A stretch of DNA of 38,028 bases from Elusimicrobiota bacterium (GTDB lineage Bacteria; Elusimicrobiota; Elusimicrobia; UBA1565; JACRDR01). The translations under genes were made by a program, and so were the position numbers. The stretch spans positions 1 through 38,028 of the forward strand of contig JACQPK010000402.1 in the NCBI GenBank assembly GCA_016207565.1, given 5' to 3'. Shown piece by piece: positions 26,192-34,729 of the stretch. Positions within the stretch are counted from its first letter, which is position 1; each line of letters starts with the position of its first letter. Under the pieces are notes generated by a model. It ran no database searches, had not been told where the DNA came from, and was given only the letters and a program-made list of their open reading frames with translations.

Positions 26192-27445
26192 TTGAGCGTG
26201 TCGCAATTGGAAACGGAACATCCCGTCGCCGTCATCGAGACTCTTTCGGACTTGGAGCAGTTGGCGGCGCACCTCGAGGGCATGGATCGCATCGCGGTCG
26301 ACCTCGAGTCCGACAGCTTCTATTCGTATCACGAGAAGGTCTGCCTGCTGCAGCTCTCCTCGGCCTCCGACGACTTCGTCATCGACCCGCTCGCCGTGCT
26401 CGACCTCTCGCCCCTGGCCGCGATCTTCCGCGATCCTAAGGTCGAGAAGGTCTTCCACGCGGGCGAGTACGACATCCTCTGCCTCAAGCGCGACTTCGGC
26501 TTCGAGGTCGCCAACGTCTTCGACACGATGATCGCGGCGCGGATCCTCGGCTCCAAGGAGCTCGGGCTCGCCTCCCTCATCCAGCGCTACTTCGACGTGA
26601 CCCTGTCGAAGAAGCTCCAGCGCTCGGATTGGGGCAAGCGCCCGCTGACCGCCGCCCAGATCGAGTACGCGCGGATGGACACGCACTACCTCCTCGCGCT
26701 CCGCGACATCCTCCACGAGGAGCTCGCCAAGCGCGACCTCGACGGCGACGCCGACGACGAGTTCGCGCGCCTCGTCCGCGTGCAGCCGATCGAGCGCGTC
26801 TTCGATCCGGACTCCTTCTGGCGTCTACCGGGCGCGCGGGCGCTCAGCGCGCAGCAGCGCGCGGTGCTCAAGGACCTCTACTACTACCGGGAGAAGACCG
26901 CCGCGCAGATGGACCGGGCGGCGTTCCGCGTCCTGCCCGAGCAGCTCCTCGTCCGGCTGGCCGAGGTGCTGCCGAAAGACCTCGACGGCGTGCAGAAGGT
27001 CCGCGGCATGACGCCGTATCTCTACAACCGGTTCGGCAAGGAACTCCTCGACCTCATCGAGGCGGGTCTGAAGAAGGAGCCGATCGAGCGCGAGCCCGAG
27101 CGCCCCGTGAACCGCCGCTGGGACACGATCACGATGCACCGCTACGAGTCGCTGCGGCAGTGGCGCAAGAAGAAGGCGGAGGAGCGCGGCGTCGACACCG
27201 TCGTGATCCTCGCGACCGACGACCTCCGCGAGATCGCGCAAGCGCCGCTTCGGGCGCCCCACGACGCGGACACCTGGCTCTCCACGCTGAGCGAACGAAA
27301 GCGCGAGCTCTACGGCGAGGAGCTGCTGGCGCTGCTCACGACGCCCGTATCCGACCCTGTCCCGAGCCGCCGCCGCCGTCGCCGTCGCCGCGGAGGCGGG
27401 GCAAACGGCGCCAACGGCACGGCCTCAACACCTCCCGCCGCCTGA
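26192..27445 (+). CDS. rnd: Ribonuclease D (DEDDy exonuclease plus HRDC domains); start TTG 26192 or GTG 26198
   Basis: AVDLESD, KVCLLQ, KVFHAGEYD, FDTMIAARILG, QRSDWGKRPL and YARMDTHYL motifs, plus two HRDC-like regions. Confidence 0.93.
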   Translation: MSVSQLETEHPVAVIETLSDLEQLAAHLEGMDRIAVDLESDSFYSYHEKVCLLQLSSASDDFVIDPLAVLDLSPLAAIFRDPKVEKVFHAGEYDILCLKRDFGFEVANVFDTMIAARILGSKELGLASLIQRYFDVTLSKKLQRSDWGKRPLTAAQIEYARMDTHYLLALRDILHEELAKRDLDGDADDEFARLVRVQPIERVFDPDSFWRLPGARALSAQQRAVLKDLYYYREKTAAQMDRAAFRVLPEQLLVRLAEVLPKDLDGVQKVRGMTPYLYNRFGKELLDLIEAGLKKEPIEREPERPVNRRWDTITMHRYESLRQWRKKKAEERGVDTVVILATDDLREIAQAPLRAPHDADTWLSTLSERKRELYGEELLALLTTPVSDPVPSRRRRRRRRGGGANGANGTASTPPAA

Positions 27446-27539
27446 GCCGGATCGGATTACCGAACCTTTGTCGAGCCGCCATTCCGCCTCAATACCCGCC
27501 GGCTACCCTGCGGGGGTCCGCGAGCGATTTGGAGGAGCC

Positions 27540-28094
27540 ATGAGAGATATCACACCGTCGCGCGTCGCGCTGATCCTGGCGGCCGCCCTGGCGACCGCGG
27601 GCGGGTCCGCCGCGGAAAGCCGGACCCCGGCGAAGCCCAGCCCGCCCGACCGCATGCGCGCGGTGGAACCGACTTCGGCGCAGCCTCCGGAGGCCGCGGA
27701 GAACGAGGAGCCGGCGCCGGCCGAAGAGACGGCGGAGCTCGAGCCGCCGGACCGGAGCGGCCAGAACGCGGACATCTGGATCAGCATCCGGGCGGTCCGG
27801 GAGGGCCGGGAGCTCCGCCTGGCTCTCCTGACCAAGAGCGGCACGCAGGCCAACTGCAAGTTCCGCTCCGCGTCCGCCAAGGCGGACCTCACCGCGAATT
27901 TCCTCCCCGCGGTCAACCCGGACAAGCCGGATCAGGTCGACTTCCAGTACCAGGTCGAGCTGGCCGACCTCGATCCGGCCAAGCGAGGTTTTTCGGTACA
28001 AGGCGAGGCGGAGGCCAAGGCTGGGCAGCCGGAGACGCTCTTCGAGGCCGAGGGAAACAGTCTCACGGTGGAGGTCCGGATCCAGGAGAACTGA
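27540..28094 (+). CDS. Exported hypothetical protein (Pro/Glu linker plus beta-rich domain)
   Basis: SD GGAGGAG, signal peptide and high GC3. Confidence 0.72.
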   Translation: MRDITPSRVALILAAALATAGGSAAESRTPAKPSPPDRMRAVEPTSAQPPEAAENEEPAPAEETAELEPPDRSGQNADIWISIRAVREGRELRLALLTKSGTQANCKFRSASAKADLTANFLPAVNPDKPDQVDFQYQVELADLDPAKRGFSVQGEAEAKAGQPETLFEAEGNSLTVEVRIQEN

Positions 28095-28566
28095 GCACGT
28101 CGACGACCTGCACCTCGAAGCGCAGAGTCTTTCCCGCGAGCGGGTGGTTCAGATTCAGCACCACCGCTTCCCCCTCGACCCGCTCGACTCTCGCCTGAAA
28201 CGGCCGCCCGTGGATCTCGCCTTGGACCGGCGTCCCCAGCGCGAGCTGCCGTGGGTCGGTGAAGCTCGCCCGCGCGACGCGGATGAAGGCGGCGGGGTTC
28301 TCCGGGCCGAAGGCCTCCTTCGGCGGCACGCGTACCGTGCGTTTCTCCCCCGCCTTGGCGCCCTCGAGGCGGCGCTCGAGTCCGGCGAGGATCTGCCCGG
28401 AGCCGTGCGCGTAAATCAGGGGGCCGCGCGCGGCGGTCGTATCGAGCACCTTCTTGCCGGCCAAGAGCGTGTAGTGCGCCTTCACGACGGCGCCGTGCCG
28501 GACGGTGCCCGACTCGCGCGCCGGGGCGCACGCGCCCGCCAGGAGCAGCACTAGCGCCCAAGCCAT
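28063..28566 (-). CDS. SlyD-like FKBP peptidyl-prolyl isomerase with a lipoprotein-type signal
   Basis: HYTL, HGSGQILAGLE..LEG, VPPKEAFG and NHPLAGKTLRFEV motifs; N-terminus MAWALVLLLAGAC; SD AAGGAGG. Confidence 0.88.
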   Translation of the reverse strand: MAWALVLLLAGACAPARESGTVRHGAVVKAHYTLLAGKKVLDTTAARGPLIYAHGSGQILAGLERRLEGAKAGEKRTVRVPPKEAFGPENPAAFIRVARASFTDPRQLALGTPVQGEIHGRPFQARVERVEGEAVVLNLNHPLAGKTLRFEVQVVDVLSSPGSGPPP

Positions 28567-29429
28567 CGCGCGACCTCCTTCGGCGGGATGAAGAGCAGGA
28601 GCTGGAACGGGAACGTGAACAAGAACGTCGTCGTCGGCACATGGAGCGACAGGCCCAGCATGAGCTGGAAGAAGAGCCCCAGCCCGATCCCGAACCAGCG
28701 TAGCGCCGGGACGTAGAGCAGCACCGGCGCGGCGAGCTCCGCGGCCACCACGGAGAGCCCGATCGACTTGCACAACCCGGGCCGCGGCGCGAGGAAGGCT
28801 TTCAGGAAGAAGCCGTCCTTCACGATCCCGCCCGGCGGGTTGTTCATGAGGTAGTGATACGGGTTCGCCGCCCACCAGTTGCCCGGCTGCAGCTTGCACC
28901 AGCCGGTGTGCAGGTACGTGATCGCCAGCTGGAGCTGCAGGAGCCGAAGCAAAAACAGCGGCCGCTTCGCCGGGCGCCTCCACAGCCTCGCGTCGATGGA
29001 AAAGTGGTCGCCCGGATACGGCGTAAGCGCCATGAGGAAAAGCGTCACGAGCAGGATGTCGATCGAGAGCATCCCGTGGGGCGTGAAGTTCAGGCAGTAG
29101 AAGTAGTTCGCGCACACAAAGAGCAGGATCGCGCTCGCCTGGGTCAAAAACCCCGCGAGGAACGCGAGCCAGCTCGCGACGAAGGCCGCCGCCAGCGCCC
29201 CGACGAGCCACTCCGGGCTCGCGTCGACGCTCTGCGCGAGCCACGCGGGGAAGTACTGGAGGTTCTTCGTCTTGAACGCCCACGCCGAGTAGTTGTCCCG
29301 GAACTCGGCGAGCGTCGGGAGGAACTGCGCGCCGACGGCCGCCGCCACGGGGAAGCGGAACAGCGCCAGCGAGACGGAGGACTCCTCCTCGAGGAAAAAC
29401 CGGTCGAACGCCTTCAGAACGGTCGGCAT
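28551..29429 (-). CDS. HTTM-domain (vitamin K-dependent carboxylase-like) membrane protein
   Basis: SLALFR, GFLT, FSIDA, LRLLQLQLAITYLHTGWCKL..W and ELAAP motifs, with many TM segments. Confidence 0.85.
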   Translation of the reverse strand: MPTVLKAFDRFFLEEESSVSLALFRFPVAAAVGAQFLPTLAEFRDNYSAWAFKTKNLQYFPAWLAQSVDASPEWLVGALAAAFVASWLAFLAGFLTQASAILLFVCANYFYCLNFTPHGMLSIDILLVTLFLMALTPYPGDHFSIDARLWRRPAKRPLFLLRLLQLQLAITYLHTGWCKLQPGNWWAANPYHYLMNNPPGGIVKDGFFLKAFLAPRPGLCKSIGLSVVAAELAAPVLLYVPALRWFGIGLGLFFQLMLGLSLHVPTTTFLFTFPFQLLLFIPPKEVARWLGR

Positions 29430-29893
29430 GAGTAGAGGGGCGCCTGAAGGCGCCCGGACGGATTCTCCCCGCCCAGGTCCTGGTATTGGTACCGGACGAC
29501 GCTGAAATCCGGGTACTCCGGGAACTTGCGCCGGAGGAAGTTGCAGAAGTCCCACGGCCGCCCGGCGGCGGCGTAAAGCATCCCGCGGCGGATGTTGTCG
29601 AAGCCGACGTAGCGCGTCGCGAAGACGCGGTGCGGATCGATCAGCGTCGCCGTCGTCTTCGAGACGCCGTAGACCTCGAGGCCGCCGGCCGTGTCGCCCA
29701 CCTCGTAGAACATGATCCAGCCGGCGGGCGGGAACAGCAGCGGCAGCTTCGGCAGGTCGACCGGACGGCCGGCGAGCCGCGCGGCGACGGGCGCGAGCTG
29801 GAACGCCCGGAGCGTCTCGTAGACGAAGAGCGCGAGCCAAGCGACGATGAACAGCCTGAGAAAGGCCCTCTTAGTGGTCTTCGAAGGACTCAA
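29414..29893 (-). CDS. Membrane-anchored hypothetical protein, probable HTTM partner
   Basis: N-terminal TM and a GWIMF motif; overlaps the HTTM start. The TTG start is uncertain. Confidence 0.65.
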   Translation of the reverse strand: MSPSKTTKRAFLRLFIVAWLALFVYETLRAFQLAPVAARLAGRPVDLPKLPLLFPPAGWIMFYEVGDTAGGLEVYGVSKTTATLIDPHRVFATRYVGFDNIRRGMLYAAAGRPWDFCNFLRRKFPEYPDFSVVRYQYQDLGGENPSGRLQAPLYSCRPF

Positions 29894-31340
29894 CGCGGAA
29901 CACCTGCAGCCTCGTGCTCGGGTCTTCGACGCAGTTCGCGGGAAGGCCCGCCTTCTGCGCGCACAGCTCGGCGAGGAACCGGTCCTTGTCCGGCAGGCTC
30001 TCCCACACCTGCGGCAGAAACAGCCCCCGGCGGCCCCGGTTCTCGAGCATCACGCCGTGGACGCGCGGCTGAATATCTTCGGCGGAGGCCACGGGCTTCG
30101 GCGGCGTGAGGATCGAGATCTCGATCCGGTGCTCGTCGATCCGCTCGCGCTCGATCGGCGGAAACCGCGCGTCGCGCAGGCCGGCCTCGAGCGCGAAGAA
30201 GCGCACGGACTCCAGCAGCATGCCTCTCGGCTCGGTCGTGCCGATGCAGCCGCGGAGCGCCGCGGGCCCCGTCTCGCCGCGGGCGAGCCAGGTCACGAAC
30301 ACGGCGGCGGGCAGGTTGAAGGCCGGCCGCGTCGACAGCTCGACGGGCGGCTGCGCGGTCCCGTCGAGCTCTCGGCGCAGGGTCTCGCGCGCCTCGCCGA
30401 GCAGCGCGCGCTTGTCGTCCTCGCTCAACCCGTAGGCGCCGCGCTCCGACCGCGGCCCCGCCACGAACGCGACCGCCGCGTAGCCGACCACCTCGCGGTA
30501 CACCTTCTCGGTCAGGGCGTCCCCCGAGTTGTAGCGCGAGAGCACCCGAGCCTCGGTCGCGCCCAGCGCCTTCGCGGCCACGAGCACGGCCGTGGCGGCG
30601 CCCTCGCCGCAGTAGACCGTCTGGAGGTTCGGATGCCCGCGGCTCATGTGGAAGCGGTTCACCGAGTGAAAGAACGCGGGGTCGAGGCTCGCGAGCGCGT
30701 GAAGCGTCGTGGTGTCGACGCGGTCGGCGACGTCGCCCGGAGGGTAATGCGAGAGGTCGGTCGACGCGGCGATCAGCACCCGGCGGCCCTTCACGGCCTT
30801 GGCGACGGCGCGGCCCACCCGCTCCGCCGTCGCGAGGTCCTCGGCGTTCATCACGAGGGCGACGAGCCTCGCCTTCGGGAACCGCCGCTGCAGGAAAGTC
30901 ACGTTGACCTCGATCGAGTGCTCCCGGTCGTGAGCCTCGGGCATGCTCCGGATCGAGCCGTCTTTCAGCAGGCGGTCGCCCAGCTTGCGGTCGTACTCGA
31001 CCCGCCCGAGCGGGGTCGCGTAGGCGCCCGGGAACAGCGCGGCGCCCTCCACGGGGACGTAGTGGGCCGCGCCGATGAGCAGGACCGTGTCGAACTCCCC
31101 CGGCTCGACCGCGTTCCACGCCGTCGCCGCGGCCGGCCCGGAGAACTCGAGGCCGGCGTGGGGCACGAGCAGGGCGACGACCTTGCCCGGCCGGGCCTTC
31201 TCGGCCTTGTGCAGGAAATGGTCGACCTGGGCGGTCAGCGCCTGCGCATGGCCGGGGTAGAAGCGCCCCGCGACCGCCGCCGGGCGCTCCATGTCGGCGG
31301 CGTACGCCGCCAGCCAGGCCGCGAAAAGGAGCACCTGCAT
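29871..31340 (-). CDS. amrB: AmmeMemoRadiSam system protein B (MEMO1-like) fused to protein A (AMMECR1-like)
   Basis: RPAAVAGRFYP, PHAG, EHSIEV, STDLSHY, CG and VVGY motifs, then VFVT...LRGCIG, DARF, EISIL and GLFLPQVW. Confidence 0.93.
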   Translation of the reverse strand: MQVLLFAAWLAAYAADMERPAAVAGRFYPGHAQALTAQVDHFLHKAEKARPGKVVALLVPHAGLEFSGPAAATAWNAVEPGEFDTVLLIGAAHYVPVEGAALFPGAYATPLGRVEYDRKLGDRLLKDGSIRSMPEAHDREHSIEVNVTFLQRRFPKARLVALVMNAEDLATAERVGRAVAKAVKGRRVLIAASTDLSHYPPGDVADRVDTTTLHALASLDPAFFHSVNRFHMSRGHPNLQTVYCGEGAATAVLVAAKALGATEARVLSRYNSGDALTEKVYREVVGYAAVAFVAGPRSERGAYGLSEDDKRALLGEARETLRRELDGTAQPPVELSTRPAFNLPAAVFVTWLARGETGPAALRGCIGTTEPRGMLLESVRFFALEAGLRDARFPPIERERIDEHRIEISILTPPKPVASAEDIQPRVHGVMLENRGRRGLFLPQVWESLPDKDRFLAELCAQKAGLPANCVEDPSTRLQVFRVESFEDH

Positions 31341-31412
31341 TCCCGACGTTTTATATCACTTTCACCGGGCTTTTACCGGGCCCGGCTATCCTGGGAACGA
31401 CGGGGGGAAGCG

Positions 31413-31514
31413 ATGGTCATCGAGAACGATCTCGGAGCGCCGATCGGGTACCTGACGCCGCAGGGCATCCTCTTCCTGCAGCCGCTCTGGCCCGAGACCC
31501 CGGCGAACATCTAG
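31413..31514 (+). CDS. Candidate 33-aa small protein MVIENDLGAPIGYLTPQGILFLQPLWPETPANI
   Basis: Fills an intergenic gap. Nearly every codon ends in G/C, and there is a G-rich SD-like tract and TATCCT upstream. Confidence 0.55.
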   Translation: MVIENDLGAPIGYLTPQGILFLQPLWPETPANI

Positions 31515-31582
31515 GCCAGCGCTCCCAAGAGCCCCAACGAACGCTGGCACAGCGGGGCTCCGCCCCGCTAGAATGTGCGGCG

Positions 31583-32428
31583 ATGCCCGCGGTCTTCACG
31601 GACCCCTCCACCACGGGGTACCACACCCCCGGCCACCCCGAGGCGCCGTTTAGGGTCGCGAAGTCGGCCGATCGGCTGAAGGCCGCGGGGCACCGGCTGC
31701 TGGCGCCCGAGCGGCCCGGCGACGACGCGGCGATCCTCCGCGTCCACACGCAGCGCCACATCGACAGCGTCCGTTCCGGGGACTACCAGGACGCCGACAC
31801 CCCGCATTACACCAGGATCGACGCGATCGCCCGCACCAGCCTCGCGGGGGCGCTGTCGGCTTCCGCCCGGGCCCTGGCGGGCGAGCCGGCGTTCTCCTTG
31901 ATGCGTCCGCCGGGCCACCACGCCGCGCGCGAGCGCGTCGCGGGCTTCTGCTACTTCAACAACCTCGCGATCGCGTGCTCCGAGTTCGCGGACAAGCGCG
32001 TCGCGATCGTCGACGTCGACGTCCACCACGGGGACGGGACCGAGGACTGGGCGTTCGGGAAAGAGAACGTCTCGTTCGTGTCGCTGCACCAGGCACCGCT
32101 CTACCCCGGCACGGGACTGCAGACGCGCGGCAACTGCCGCAACGTGCCGCTCGAGCCGGGGACCGGCGAGGCGCGCTACCTCAAGGCGCTCGAGCAGGCA
32201 ATCGAAGGGACGCTGTCCTTCAAGCCGGAGTTGCTCGCCGTCTCCGCCGGCTTCGACACCTATAAGGAATGCCCGCTGGCCCAGCTCCGCCTCGAGAAGG
32301 GGACGTACAAGCGGCTGGGTCGGCTGCTCGCCGAAACGAAGCTCAAGCGCTTCGCGGTGCTCGAGGGCGGCTACGCGGACGACCTGCCGCTACTCATCGA
32401 GAACTTCTTGGATGGTTTCTTCGGATAA
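31583..32428 (+). CDS. Histone deacetylase family (Zn-dependent amidohydrolase) protein
   Basis: HPE..R, RPPGHHA, GFCYFNN, DVDVHHGDGT, SLHQ, YPGTG, SAGFD and LEGGY motifs. Confidence 0.96.
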   Translation: MPAVFTDPSTTGYHTPGHPEAPFRVAKSADRLKAAGHRLLAPERPGDDAAILRVHTQRHIDSVRSGDYQDADTPHYTRIDAIARTSLAGALSASARALAGEPAFSLMRPPGHHAARERVAGFCYFNNLAIACSEFADKRVAIVDVDVHHGDGTEDWAFGKENVSFVSLHQAPLYPGTGLQTRGNCRNVPLEPGTGEARYLKALEQAIEGTLSFKPELLAVSAGFDTYKECPLAQLRLEKGTYKRLGRLLAETKLKRFAVLEGGYADDLPLLIENFLDGFFG

Positions 32429-32438
32429 CGGAGGCTGC

Positions 32439-32756
32439 ATGTACATCGCGGTTCGGAAATACAAGACGGAACCCAAGCTCGTCGACGCGGCGCTCAAAGA
32501 GATCGGCGACGCCTTCATGCCGGTGCTGAAGCTACAGCCCGGCTTCGTCGCCTACTACGCCTACCGCGAGGGCGAGGGCGGGATCACGTCGATCAGCGTC
32601 TTCCAGAGCCCGGAGGCCGCGGAGATGTCGACGAAGTCGGCCGCGAACCTGGTGAAGATGAGCCTGGCGAAGCTACTGCCCAACGCTCCCGACGTCTTCC
32701 ATGGGCCGGTCGCCTGCCACAGCCTCGCCGACGCCCAGCCCGTACGTAAAGACTAG
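32439..32756 (+). CDS. ABM-like (dimeric alpha+beta barrel) small protein
   Basis: SD GGAGG; F.P.L..QPGFVAYY and SISVFQS.EAA patterns. Confidence 0.75.
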   Translation: MYIAVRKYKTEPKLVDAALKEIGDAFMPVLKLQPGFVAYYAYREGEGGITSISVFQSPEAAEMSTKSAANLVKMSLAKLLPNAPDVFHGPVACHSLADAQPVRKD

Positions 32757-33161
32757 CTCGCCGCCGAGCTGGGCGGTGCGGAGGAGCCCGGCCCAGCCGA
32801 GCAGCCAGGCCGCGGTGATCGCGGGCTTCGACCAGCGCCCGGGCCAGGCCCGGCGCCGGAGCCAAAGCACCGCGACCCCGAGCGCGGTGTACCAGCCCGC
32901 CGTCCACGTGGCGAGCTCCTCGTGGTCGTGGAGCACCCGCCAGGCGGGCGGGACGTGGGGCGCGTGGTCCTCGGCGACGTGTCCGAAGAGCACCGCGAGC
33001 CACGCGGTCGCCGCGCCCAGCCACAACAGCCAGTCGGAGGCCTCCTCCAGCCAGACGGGAGCGCGGCGCCAGCCGGATAAAGCCCGGGCCGCGCCCCCGA
33101 CCAACAGCAACGCCAGCGGGAAATGGACGACCGCCGGGTGCAGGAGGTACCAGCGGGTCAC
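32673..33161 (-). CDS. DUF2231-like His-containing membrane protein
   Basis: LHPAVVHFPLALL, A.LFG, HEELA and TAQLGGELVFTYG motifs. GTG start is coupled to the upstream stop. Confidence 0.85.
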   Translation of the reverse strand: MTRWYLLHPAVVHFPLALLLVGGAARALSGWRRAPVWLEEASDWLLWLGAATAWLAVLFGHVAEDHAPHVPPAWRVLHDHEELATWTAGWYTALGVAVLWLRRRAWPGRWSKPAITAAWLLGWAGLLRTAQLGGELVFTYGLGVGEAVAGDRPMEDVGSVGQ

Positions 33162-33583
33162 TTCGCCTTTTCCGCCCCCGTGACCATGAGCCCCGAGATG
33201 CCGCTCTTCTCGACGACGGAGCCCGTCACCTTCGCCTTCTCGCCCGCGAGCTTCTTGACCGCCGTATAGCCCTTCGGGTTCGAGTGGTTCTCCAGGAGCA
33301 GGAACACCTTCCCGTCGCCGGTCAGCAGCCCGGCCGGCATGCCCTTCACGAGGCAGGCCTGCGCGCACTTGGCGTGCTTCTCGCCCTTGCCGTCGTGGGC
33401 CATGTAGCAGGCCATGTCGATGATCTCGCCTTCGAACGTCTGCGCCGGCCCCGCCGCGTGCTTGTGGGCGTGCTCGGCCGCCTTGCCTTGACCCTCCGCC
33501 TTCCCGTGATCGTGGCCGTCATGCGCGGTCGCCCAAGGCGCCAGCGCGACCGCGGCCGCGATCGCCAGCATCCAATGCTTCAT
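33158..33583 (-). CDS. Secreted His-rich protein with D-x-x-C and H-x-x-C-x-x-x-C motifs (OB-fold-like, probable metal binder)
   Basis: SD AAGGAGG, signal peptide, HDGHDHG...EHAHKH and GEIIDMACY...HAKCAQACLVKG. Confidence 0.8.
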   Translation of the reverse strand: MKHWMLAIAAAVALAPWATAHDGHDHGKAEGQGKAAEHAHKHAAGPAQTFEGEIIDMACYMAHDGKGEKHAKCAQACLVKGMPAGLLTGDGKVFLLLENHSNPKGYTAVKKLAGEKAKVTGSVVEKSGISGLMVTGAEKAK

Positions 33584-33641
33584 CCGTCCTCCTTGATACG
33601 CTAGTGTCAACGAATACGACATTACGAGGCGCGAACCAAAC

Positions 33642-34061
33642 TCAGCCCCGGATGAGGCCGACAAGCAGCTTGACGAAATAGACGAGCCCGAGCGCCGCCG
33701 CCGGCAGGCCCAGGCCCCAGGCGAGGATGCTCTCCATGCGCCAGGGCACCTGGAGGCCAAGCTTCTCGGAGGCCGGGACGTCCTCGGTCTCGCGCGGCGC
33801 GAAGCTCCGGCCGGCCAGCTTCGGGCCGAAGTCGGGCGCGACCTCCGACTCCGCGGGCAGCTCCGGGAAGCCCTCCGCCCGCAGATGGGCATACGCCTCC
33901 CGGGCCTCCAGGAAACGCTTCTCGTGGAAGGCCTTGTCGCGGGGGTCGGTGTAGCGATCGGGGTGCGACTCGAGCGCCTTACGCCGGTACGCCTTCTTGA
34001 CATCGTCGGCGCCGGCCCCCGCTCCGAGCCCCAGCACGCGGTAGGCTTCGTCGGTGTTCAA
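33642..34061 (-). CDS. J-domain protein with a C-terminal transmembrane helix
   Basis: AYRVLGL...VKKAYRRKALESHPDR...EAY, with a hydrophobic C-terminus. Confidence 0.9.
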   Translation of the reverse strand: MNTDEAYRVLGLGAGAGADDVKKAYRRKALESHPDRYTDPRDKAFHEKRFLEAREAYAHLRAEGFPELPAESEVAPDFGPKLAGRSFAPRETEDVPASEKLGLQVPWRMESILAWGLGLPAAALGLVYFVKLLVGLIRG

Positions 34062-34087
34062 CGAAGGGAGGATAGCAAAACCGCGGC

Positions 34088-34729
34088 TCAGCGCTGGTCG
34101 CGCGGGGCCTTGCCGCCCAGCTCGCGGCGCGGGGTGCGGTTCCAGAGGGAAAGGATCTCGGCGGCGAAGGCTTCAGCCTCCGCCGGCCCGGAGAACGTCT
34201 TGTGGCGCATGAGGTGCGCGAGCACCTGCGCGGGGTGGCTCGCCGCCTGGATCATCTCGTTGACGGTGGTCGCCTCCTCGAAGCGCGCGTCGTCGAACTG
34301 CTCGAGGTTCTTCCTCGCGGGCTCGTTGCCGGGCGCGAGGCGCAGGGCCTCCCGCCACGCGAGCACCGCCTTGACGGTGTCGCCGCGCTCGAGGTGCAGG
34401 TTGCCGAGATCGGTTTCCAGCTCCGAGCGCTCATCGACACGCTCGCGCGTGTAGCCCGCCCGCGCGCGCGCCAGCCGGGCCTCGGCCTCGTCGAGCTTGC
34501 CGGACTCCAAGAGCCCGATGCCCTTGAGGTGGTTGGCGCGCGCGTGGCCGGGCTCGCGCGCCAAGAGCGCGTCCAGCTCGCGCTCGGCCGCCGGGCCCTC
34601 GCCGAGGCGCCGCCGGAGGCTCACGCGCAGGCACACCGCCTCCGCGCCCGAGTCAGAGGGGCCGAGCTTCCGGAGCGCCCCCTCGAAGTCCCCGTCGCCC
34701 GCGAGCCGGAGCGCGTCCTCGACGGTCAT
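34088..34729 (-). CDS. TPR-repeat protein
   Basis: ATG coupled to the upstream stop. TPR patterns HLKGIGLLESGKLDEA and LGNLHLERGD..KAV..WREALRLAP; C-terminal WNRTPRRELGG. Confidence 0.85.
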   Translation of the reverse strand: MTVEDALRLAGDGDFEGALRKLGPSDSGAEAVCLRVSLRRRLGEGPAAERELDALLAREPGHARANHLKGIGLLESGKLDEAEARLARARAGYTRERVDERSELETDLGNLHLERGDTVKAVLAWREALRLAPGNEPARKNLEQFDDARFEEATTVNEMIQAASHPAQVLAHLMRHKTFSGPAEAEAFAAEILSLWNRTPRRELGGKAPRDQR

